A stretch of DNA of 61,688 nt, the filler included, from Nemertoderma westbladi (taxonomy: Eukaryota; Animalia; Xenacoelomorpha): assembly GCA_032718475.1 (NCBI GenBank). It is 3 parts of 3 records of this genome, joined end to end, with 100 filler letters (N's around TTAATTAATTAA, not from the genome) between each part and the next. Parts side by side here need not be neighbours in the genome. Positions count along the whole stretch, not along the records: positions 40,406 to 61,688 come from JAUCBJ010003274.1; 2 more parts are not named here. One strand, written 5' to 3'. The notes below the pieces were generated by a model. It was given only the letters and a program-made list of their open reading frames with translations, was not told the DNA's origin and did no database searches. The position numbers and the translations under genes are program-made. Each line of letters opens with the position of its first letter. Position 1 is the stretch's first letter. Positions 51,826-61,688 of the stretch are shown here, piece by piece.

Positions 51826-53937
51826 TGTTGTCTCCCCTAAATCCCGTAATAATTCCTATATATCAAAATTTCCGTACTAAAAGTGTTATTTATTTTTTAC
51901 GCAAATTGTGTTATATAGTACGCAAATTGTGTTATATTGTACGGAAATTTGTAGCATTTTTGAAATCGTCAAGTTGTATTAATTTTCTAGAATATTAGCT
52001 ACAGCATTTTTACATAATTATACTAAGGTAAGGATTCCCCATGAACATTATTCTATTGGCCTACAATTATTCTAGAAAATTTTAAGTTTCCCATTTCATT
52101 TAGCGCAATGGAGGCTACTATACTATACAGAGACTAGGCCATCATAAATAATTTTGAAGTTATTCTGGTATGTATTCAAGGTTATCACTTAGCCACAGTT
52201 GTGAAAAAATATAGCACTAAATTTTTTATCCTAATTGAGCGACAAGTCGTAATTACGAATGCGGCCCCTTAACTGGGCAACTCTCTCCCTCTCCGCTATA
52301 TTTTTTACAAATCTTTAATGATATCAGGAAAACTTTGAAATATAGATAGGGAGTATGAACTCGAATTTTTCGGTAGGTGGGAGAAATTAACTTTCTCACT
52401 ACTTACTTTGCAAGCGTTTGCAAAAAGTGTCTCCTCAATATTGCACCCTTTGTACATCAAGAAATATTGGTATCTTTTTGCTGCTTTGTTGTTGCCGCTG
52501 GAAAGGCGGCATACAAGAATACACGAGTAATGAATGTAAAGTGCAGGCTGATTTGACTGGCATATTGGCATTATTGCATTTCCTCTGATGTTTTGTGTGG
52601 CCATTTATTTGGTACGCAGCAAACTTCGGCCGGAGAAAACTTCGCTCTCAAAATGATTATTAGCAACATTGTTTATTGTTTTGGTTAGAAAAGTCATATG
52701 TAACCTGCCGTTTCTGTAATCTGCTCATTTCCCCCGATCAGACGAAGATTGGACGCGGGTGAAGACGCGCCAAACCATTTATTTAACTAATATTCGTGAA
52801 ATACAAAACTATTTACATGATTGTGTGAAAACTAGCACTTCTCAGAGTTATGACCCGAGTGTATTTATGTAACGAGCGAGTGGAGCGAGTGAGGTTTACA
52901 TAAATATAAACGCTGTTAACAGAACAGTGCCCTTTTCACACAATGGCTGAATGATGTATTGGGTGCGTAATTTTGTTACATTATGTAAACTTGTCTGCGT
53001 TTTCAACGCTTAAAATTATTATATTTAATATTGAAATGTTCACTCTCTAGTGATATAAGTGAGATTGATATCCTTTTTAAGAAATTGCTTGCAGTTATTG
53101 TAACAAATGTAACGTAAATAATGTTACACTTACAGTACAATATGGCTCTCATCGATAGACTGAGAACAGTCAAGACGTTTAGGAGTTTATTGCTATTAAA
53201 TTATGAATACTTTACAGGGTTCCGTCCTATAGGCCGCAATGCTGTAAATGGTACCTCGCTCGTTGTGGATGTGGAGATATCACTAGAACGCTGATAAGTT
53301 GTCATAATAATGTAACAAAATACATAATATGTTCTAGAATGGTTTGTATGTTAAATAGTCCGATGGCAGAGGTATGAGAATGAAAATAGTGGGAATGGGC
53401 GTCGCCCTGAGTGCCTTGGGATGAGTTTCACAAAACGGTAGATCCATCTCTTAGAAACGCTGACCAACCATTCTGCCAAATTTACTACAGCTGTGTCACA
53501 ATGTATCTACAATGTTCTCCTGTACCACCATATTAAACAAAAACCCCCATGAGAGGATCAGCTTAGCCTGACTTCGCTGAGACCCGAGCCGTGAAATATG
53601 TCTTCCGCCAATGAAGAAAGAGCAACAATGAGTAATAATTCAATTAAACTGATTAGTCTATCACCTGCCCGCAGTCGAAATATTGAGGGAGGGAATTTTA
53701 TAATGTAACATCATCAATGGTCAGTCTATTTACATAGATAAATTAAATAAAAACGCTTAAATTACTTACTGTATTATTACTTGCAATTATTTCCCGCTAA
53801 AATATTGAGTTTTTTAAATAGAGTCCGTAATAAATACCGTTATTTATATTATCCCCCAAAAATTCCATGCCCCATTTTCTTTACTCTCCCCCAAACAAAA
53901 CCCTTTTAGAATTGTTAACCTTCTCAGGGAGACAACA
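51826..53937 (+). mobile_element. 2.1-kb non-coding element, copy 2, with 11-bp terminal inverted repeats (LTR-like or non-autonomous DNA transposon)
   Basis: Begins TGTTGTCTCCC and ends GGGAGACAACA; no convincing TSD. Confidence 0.75.
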
Positions 53938-53939
53938 CA

Positions 53940-53995
53940 TTTATTGAACTGTTATTTGTTATTTTGTACAAAATAACAAATAACAGTTCAATAAA
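53940..53995. repeat. Perfect 56-bp palindrome
   Basis: TTTATTGAACTGTTATTTGTTATTTTGT|ACAAAATAACAAATAACAGTTCAATAAA, no spacer. Confidence 0.95.
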
Positions 53996-55349
53996 GATAG
54001 ATTGTAGCCGTAAAGATGGTAAACATTTTGTATATGTTTAATGAAATTGAGTAAAAAATAAAAAAGTAGTAGGGAATTTAGTGATGAAAAAAGTCAAAAT
54101 CGACAAACTGATAAAAAGGTTGTTTTATACAGAGAGGCATAAATATAAGCAATATATTATGTGTTGAAAAGAGCGTTTTGAGGTCAAAAAATAATTCAAT
54201 GTTGAAAACCGATATCACCTTTTATGAAAGCCCTTCTATCAAACCACAAAAAATTGTGTAAATTTTCAATTCATTTCTGTAGGGGTAATAGTGAGCCCCC
54301 TTAAAGCTGACTGGTCCCTGTAGGTATTTAGCAATTTTGATCGGTTCTTGGAAATGTGTTATTTATTTGCTGTATGGTAGGTTTCGCAGGGTACTTATCT
54401 ATACTGTATACTGGACTTGCTGAGAAATATAACACACCAAAAGTGTGGGGCTTAGTGCAAAGATATAATATTTCTGATCTATATTTGGACTTGCTGAGAA
54501 AGTAATGTTCTTCGATAAGAGAAGTAAATAAATAAATGGAAATAAATGGAAATAAAAGGAAATAAGTACTTTTTGTCACTAATTTTAATTTACCCAAATT
54601 CAATTATGCTTTCCGAGAGTTTTAGGTTTTGCAGGAATTGCATCTAAAATTCCATCGAATGCAAAATTTAATACACGAGGGCAGAACATCTGAATTTTGG
54701 TTAAATGAAATTACAGTAGTGACAAGTTATTTCTGACACGTTTTTTTTTATCAACAACTATTTTATCTACAACAAATTTATCCTTTTATTTATTTATTAG
54801 GGCCTATATTAATAAAACTCGTTTCCGGTGAAAAAAATTAATTTCGCACTACCATCTTCAGGCCGTACATTAATGACCTTGATTTACGATGTACAGTATT
54901 TCATGCAGGCATATCAAAACGTCAATATTTAGTTGTTCTAGAAAGTTTTAAGTACGTAACTACAAATAATTCCCCACAAATAAATAAAACTAAATTCTCC
55001 ATTGTTCATAATTAGCACTTTAATGTTTTATTATTTCCCTGCCATCAGATCAGGTCTTGAACTAATAACACAAGCAGCTGTCGGTCGATTGAGCTACAAT
55101 TTTGCAATTTCTACCCCAAATCTAGTGATAGGAAGTAGTCGAAAGATGCACTTTTGTTCTGTTTTCTAGAAATTTTAGTGAGAAACAAATTTGGCTTTTC
55201 AGATAAAATAATTTTTTTCACAGGAATGACTCGCTGAGAAAAAATGGCCCGTATTTTCGTCTGGCCCTAAGGCACGTGCCTTATATGCCTTAAGGTTAAT
55301 CCGGCACTGTGAAAAACCTAAAACAACGTGCGAAATGGTCTTGCGTGGT

Positions 55350-56090
55350 ATCGCTACTGAGGTATAGACTGAGCCTCAGTGCCTCGGTGAGGTGTGTTAG
55401 AGTTCGTGTTTGTGGGTTGATAAACAGTTTGCCCCAATGGGTTGAAAATATCGGCCCTAACTCTTATATTATCATCCGCTTTTTGGTGAAAGTCTAAAAG
55501 AAGGTATGTAAATGGTTTTTGTGTGGCGTAGTTTCGCTATATGTTTGAACAATAAAATGGCTATTTTTTGGGTACACTTGCCGCGCTATATAACTTATTT
55601 GACTTGCGTCGTGAGGATTTTTTGTGAAAATACAATATTGGGCATTTAGGCTTCTCGTCCGCGTTTCTGCTCCTTTACTGAAAAAATTTTGTGTTATATA
55701 GATAATGAAACAGGAAGTATGATGGCAGGTTTTTGTGAAGCTTTCTGTTAAACTCTCATCACTCTTACTTTCGCTTAGCACGTCGTCTATAATAATCAGA
55801 TCGTTTTTGTGGAAAATAGAATTGATTTTTTGTGGTAAACCTTTGAATAGATGTGTTATACCTGGGAATTCAGGTGGGGTGGCACCATAAAATAATAATA
55901 CACGCTTTGGGGTTATGTCAAAAACTAAATTTTTATTTTTTACAATTTTTGATACCAATTCTGTTTTTCCTGAAGAACTTGGGCCCGCAATAATCATGGC
56001 CGAACCCACCTTGAAAGAGGCGTCGAATGATGTGATTGGTTCGTGTGATATCGCTGGCCCCTGTGACGTCATCGATAGGTGGTCACTCAT
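55350..56090 (-). pseudogene. Polinton packaging ATPase (A32/FtsK-like), frameshifted near the C-terminus
   Basis: Walker A GPSSSGKT, Walker B LIIIDD, YITQN and SLNAQY...KNP; continues in another frame as KPFTYLLLDFHQ...IRVRADIF. Confidence 0.9.
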
Positions 56091-56547
56091 TAGATTGGAA
56101 ATCTAGCAACTTGTCGGTTGACGCGTGTACCTGTGGTACTAGGTCTATACCCCGGCGGGATTGGGCTATTTTTCTGCCTCTTACAGCCGTTATTATGGGT
56201 GATATTTTCCGATAAGCATTAAGCCCACTCATTAAACCAGAGATTAATAGATTTATAAATCCGCCCCTTTGCACCAATCGTTTACGGTAAATTCTAATAG
56301 GATATTTGGCTGTTGGTTTTTTAGCAATCTCCCGTATAGTTTTTTTATGGTGTTTTAGCCTCGCGATTGTTTGCTCAGGAATCTTTACGTTACCATTTAA
56401 TACATTTAGAATAATATTAATTAGAAAACTTATAAGTTCGTCGGTTCCGCCAACGCGTAAGAAGGTTTTTCTACTGTTGGGGGAGGCGTTAGATAAGAAC
56501 CTTAAATCCCCATCGAATTGTTTAATTAAAGCTTTGAGCGATTTCAT
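56083..56547 (-). CDS. Polinton small basic putative core protein
   Basis: K/R-rich 154 aa with ILNVLNGNV and LVQRGGF (adenain-type GG cleavage-like motif); overlaps the ATPase start. Confidence 0.65.
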   Translation of the reverse strand: MKSLKALIKQFDGDLRFLSNASPNSRKTFLRVGGTDELISFLINIILNVLNGNVKIPEQTIARLKHHKKTIREIAKKPTAKYPIRIYRKRLVQRGGFINLLISGLMSGLNAYRKISPIITAVRGRKIAQSRRGIDLVPQVHASTDKLLDFQSNE

Positions 56548-57358
56548 TTACATATATATATATTAATATTAATAACATGTATAAACAAGAACAATAATAG
56601 TGTGTAATAAAACAAAAAACACTGTCACCATTATAAATAGTATCAAGTATATGCGCGAGCGTGGTTTTTTGTGTAGTAATATACGAGAACAATAATAGCG
56701 TGTAATAAAACAAAAAACACTGTCACCATTTTTTTTTTACTATAATACTAAACACATTATATAATGCGAACAATGAAAATATGTAGAAAACAAATCCACA
56801 TTAAATATTACTATCTAAATCACCAATAAAATTTAAAAACTTCGGAAAAAATGCACGAAATATCCGGGGTCTAGCCATACACACAACATTTCGTGTGTAA
56901 AAAACGTAAAATGTTATGATATTAGAACTAGTTTTACCCCGACGATAAAACTGCACAAGAATATTATTAAATATCTCCGGCTCATATTTCACCTCCACAT
57001 TATAATAATTATCTAAAAAATGAAACCCGGCCGTTTTCATTAATTTCCTATAGTCTATGTCTAGATTGTTACTAATATAAGTTTGGCTGTTGATTGAAAT
57101 AAAAGTTAGTTTATAATCAGTATGCTTATATATATACTTAATAATTTTTTTTATTTTAGGCGATTTACCGAGTACAGTGACCTTGCCGCTCGGGAAAAAG
57201 AGACACGTCCCACTGCAAATTTTGACAATATATTAAAAAGGCTTTATGACGAGTTTCCCATTTAGAATTCCTTTAGTCAGTACATCGAATGATATGTGAC
57301 CACTGACCAACCTCAAACTTATATTACTGTTGACAACACTAAAAGACATTACAGCCCA

Positions 57359-60300
57359 CTATTCTATAATGGGCGGCATATAAAGCTCTGGGGCTGGCGC
57401 TTTGTGATCCAAATATGTTTTATAATGACCATAAGGTAGGCTTTCATTAGTTGATATGTAGTATCTTTTATCTTCCCACAGTGTTAGCGATTTTTTTTGT
57501 GAAACGGTGTAGACTTTATGTAAATTCGATTGAAACCTTTGAATGTATTCGTAATGCTCGCTAACCTCATTATATACTTTTTAAATATGAGTCGTGGGAG
57601 AGTTTCTTTTTTAAAGCCATTTTTCCTATGCCTTTAGCGACACGTTTTGGAACTGACCCCCCTCGAAAGCTATAACATTTTAGTCTGTATAAAATAACCT
57701 GTTCAAATGGGATAGACTTCCCTTCATCCTTTAAATATCTATATTTCCCTTTCTGTTCTACTGTATACAGCGGATGTGTAATAGGATAATTTGAACAGTC
57801 TATAAAACTTTTTTTGATAGTACCAGATAAAAATTGGTGTTGGGATTAACCAACACACTGTAGAAAAAATGAATCGGTGTCCCCACCTAACAAATGTATT
57901 TTACAATTTAATTTGGCTTCCAAGGGCTTTAAATTATTGTATAAAAAAGTGTAGTAATCTAACTTTGACAAGTCCAACACAGCTTGGCTTAAAAAAATAG
58001 GTTTTTCCAAACAAACCGCGGTTTTAGATAGGATGTGACCAGATAATGAATCAGTGAACATAATTAAATTTTCGTGGTTCGGCTTGGATAATAATAAGTC
58101 ACATTTCTCGATTGAGTTACATAAGCGAAATGAGACGCGGTTCCGTATATTCTCCATGCTTTTCCCAAAAAGCGCGTTATTTGTTTCTTTGTGAACCTTA
58201 TCATAAAAGTCATTGCTAGCTATTTTTCTTTGCTGGGTGTTATATTCAATAAAATCCTTAAAAATGTAACCTTGCTTAAATCTAATAAGTTTATGAACTT
58301 TAATCAAGCGCATTCCATGATGAATATGAAAGCGCAATAATTTTAAATGTACACCGTACTCATACTTATCAAATTGGGTTAACATCAATTTTTTTGCTGG
58401 GCTATTGAAAATTTTATCACCATTATAATGCCGCCAAAGACTTTTCATGTATGGACTGAGATACCTACTATTGAGTTTAACATGCTCCGGTGCAAATGGA
58501 AGCTAGGCTGTGGTATCATGAATAGTCGTTGGGTATCCGAGGTCTACTACGGCAAAATATCCGTATATATCTTCAATTTCCAGACTCTTGATATCGACAC
58601 TATCAACGTCCAACCATTCAAAGTCAGAATAAGGAATTTTTTTCTCCGACAAAGAACCACTATATAAACTGTTGAAATCTAAATTATATAAATGAGCCTC
58701 AGGTTTATTAGGGTCGTATGTTTCTGTGTCCGGTATATTCGAATTTGCGATATGAAGGTTGGTGTAAGAAATTCCGCCCCTAATGGAATTTTCGAATGTT
58801 AAATACATTTCATGGACTGCGAGTAGACGAATATGTGACTTGGAATATCTCAAGGCTGCGTCCCAACTGACCCCAGCCATCGGAGGGGCCGAGCGAATAA
58901 TGTTTAGTACAATAAGCGCAAAAATTTTCAAAAATATCGGCTAGTAGCAACACGTCAAGATGTAAGTAAGCTTCCAAATAATCAAAAAGTGTCTCACATC
59001 CAAATTGTTCCCACGAAAGATAAGCAAATGTATATTCTTCAGGGCTAATAGATGATAATGTTAATTCGCTGTAAAACTCTTTCAGATGCGGTAATTTAGT
59101 ATCCCCCAATTTACTTAATGAATCAACATATTCATAAGGAAAAACTGACTTACGTCGTAAAATTTCGTCGGTTACATTTGGATATAATTTTCTCATTTGC
59201 TTCACAGTGTGTGGGATAACGGTTGTTAAATCTAGCACATCTTTTGTCAAAAACCCGGCCAAAGCAGAAAGGGAAAACCCCATAAACGCGAATGAATCAA
59301 TAAACTGTATAGTTATCGATTTGCTGGTTGGGAGCCCTCTTACGTCCATTTCCGGAATAGCATAACAGAGCACGCTATGTGCTTCTGATATTGGAATATC
59401 GATGCGGAGTGAGATATACCTTTCAGTATTTTTTGTGATGGTTTTAATGTCCCAGTTTTTATATTTATTATCGGCAAACCCTTTTTGTAAAATTAAATGT
59501 GAATCATAAAAATAGAAATTATGTAAGACAACTGGGGATGGTTGATAGGACAACAAGGGAATAGGTGATGTTTAACACTTAATTGTTTATTACAGGAAAT
59601 ACACACCACACCAATGAAAGCTCCGTTGTAATGGTTGTGATGCATTACACTTGGATTTATATCTTCCCAAAAAAATGATTTACAATTAAAGCAATTCGTA
59701 GCATGCGTGTAAGCTTCGTGTTGTGTCTGATCCAGGTGTTTGGGGTGGTGTGTGTTAAAGGTAGACCATTCATAGTACTTAAATAAATCAAAAACCAGAC
59801 TATCGATAAAATTCTGTACCGAGTTATTATCAATATTTTGTCTAAATGTAGACAAAAATAAATTTGGTGGGTTAATTAATTTGCTATTAGGGACAATCAA
59901 ATATGAAGCAGCCGATGGGAGATGTTTGGCTATATAATATTTTTTTATATTATTTGCTGGGGCTAGCACCACTTCGAAATCCGTATATACTATAAAAGGT
60001 GTACTCACAGACTTATAGTAATTAGTAAAACGTAAATTCAGTTTAGATGGCATCTCCTCTATTTGGTGCCCACCTTGCCAACACCCTAATCTATGGCATT
60101 CTAACGCATTTGGACTGTAGAAGCCACGAATACATTGCTCACAACGAAGACAATCAGTGTCGCTATTGCCTTCCCCACGACTGTTAAATAATCTATTTAA
60201 GTTGGAAACACCGATGATGTGATTTGTCGAGGTTAAATTTTGGCGTTCAATAATAAGCATTAAATTTAGCAGTCTTTTACCTTCAGCTTTTTAGCGCTCG

Positions 60301-61457
60301 GTTGTCGTAGAAAGGAAATTTTCTCGCTACTTCTATCGAAATACAATAAATTTATTAAATAATTTGGATTATTTTTTTCAAATTTTAGAATATTTAGTTT
60401 CCCTGATAGGGTAGAATCTAATTCACTTAAATTAAAAAACCCTAAATACTGATTATAAGAACTTTGGCATGAAACATGGCGCAGTGTGTGATCACCTGAT
60501 ATATGTTTCGAAAATTTTGCTGTCAGGACCGCCCACTTAAAACATTCACCTTCATTACACGGTACATTTATTATACAATGTTTATTTTTTAATTTTGTTG
60601 GAATTGATTAGTTGGCATCATATCACTGTTATGCCCAAAACGATATACCGATTGCAAGTATTACGCAATAGTAAGTTTAATGCACGATACAGTTACAAGT
60701 TTCCAACCGCTACCCCGCCTAATAAATTGCAATATTTTTTGCGCAGATATGGGGAATGACTGCGGAGTACGACGCATCAAAATCCGTGCTATTTTCAATG
60801 TAATTATCTGTACCGGCCGAAGTAAAATGGAACTCATCTTGTAATGTATAATTAGTGTCATCGTGCTCCATTATCACCGAAGCAATCACCCACACTCACC
60901 CACACATAAAACATATCAATAAAAGTCGATGCAGTCAAGTTAAAAGCGCATGAAGCATATATCCCCATATAATTTAAATAATTCGGCACATCTGGATACA
61001 TCTCATTAGATGGCATATTATGGGTAAATTCCTGAACGCGTGATTCGTGACATGTTTTTGAGAGATGAAAACCTTTGTTGGGTATAACTGAGCTGTTTGT
61101 AACGCTTACAGGCAAACCAACATTGAGATCCGGTTGAAATGTCGGTTCTGATTGTTTTTGATTATGTTTGTGTTTGCGAGAATTGTAATGGTTTCGATGG
61201 CGATTATGTTCGATATATGAATCGAAATTTTCGAAATCTTCGGAGCATGTTGGGCAGGATAGCGTATAACTGTGGTAGGTATAATTCGGGCGAGACAACC
61301 TGCAACATCTATTACTGTGAAATATTGCTATTCTTTCGGAAGTAGTTCGGCAATTACAATTATCACAAACATACCCATAGAAATGTGTGCGTAAATGCCG
61401 TAAATAATTTTTCTTAAGTATAGTACAACCGCAAAAAACACAAATATTCTCCACCAT
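57359..61457 (-). pseudogene. Protein-primed family B DNA polymerase (Polinton type) with N-terminal C2H2 fingers; multiple frameshifts
   Basis: C2H2 fingers (60858-61457), GSGW, ECFKWAVL, ExoI YTDFE, EndoVII-like HHNH..G.....C..CN, ExoII HNF..YD, ExoIII YLHLDV, DFNSLY, K...NALFGK, DTDS and terminal DKRY...LPYGHY. Confidence 0.92.
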
Positions 61458-61688
61458 TACAATTATTACAATTATAATATATTTATTATCGTAGCTACAG
61501 AAAACATATTTACAATATTGCTTTATGCTTTAAAATTAATCCATAATTAATAATATTATACCAATGAAAGAGATGCAGTAGATTATATGTAGATAAATAT
61601 ATCCAATACCCAGCCAGCCACCCTATACTAGAAACCGTTTAACCAACCAAAATTTACTGAACTGACAAATTATCTATTTATATGCTCT

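Larger units (their letters stand above)
55318..61688 (-). mobile_element. Decayed Polinton/Maverick (adintovirus-like) element, partial
   Basis: Co-oriented protein-primed PolB, small basic QxGGF protein and packaging ATPase. Integrase, protease, capsid genes and TIRs are not seen in the window. Confidence 0.9.

Noticed and set aside
47516-52604. Similar ORFs at 47516-47878 and 52305-52604
   Set aside because: They lie in the two repeat copies and differ by frameshifts; no recognisable domain.
55318-55470. Small MITE suggested by similarity to 40757-40830
   Set aside because: The sequence is the frameshifted C-terminus of the Maverick ATPase and its decayed duplicate.

Overview
AT-rich, repeat-dominated window from a eukaryotic, most likely invertebrate animal, genome: it has spliceosomal introns and metazoan-type genes and TEs. 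It comprises three contigs joined by two 100-bp scaffold gaps (N44-TTAATTAATTAA-N44). Host genes: two exons of an ABCA transporter (minus strand) next to a >=9.9-kb 68/69-bp satellite, an intronless prefoldin-5 gene, an F-type lectin terminal exon and an intronless SLC26 (prestin-like) anion transporter. The rest is nested mobile DNA: LINE fragments (CR1/L2, RTE, CRE-like), decayed Copia elements, two solo LTRs with 5-bp TSDs, MITEs and minisatellites. Three features stand out. (1) A near full-length CR1/L2-group LINE whose ORF2 frame starts with ~390 codons of multi-hydrophobic sequence, then a 2A-like NPGP motif, then APE-RT. (2) A ~14.5-kb hAT-ended composite element with an 8-bp TSD. It carries the SLC26 gene between ~2-kb direct repeats plus an intact Ulp1-protease-bearing CRE-like retrotransposon. 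(3) This composite is inserted into a decayed Polinton/Maverick (adintovirus-like) element. All calls come from reading the sequence and ORF track by eye; no searches were run and boundaries of decayed elements are approximate.
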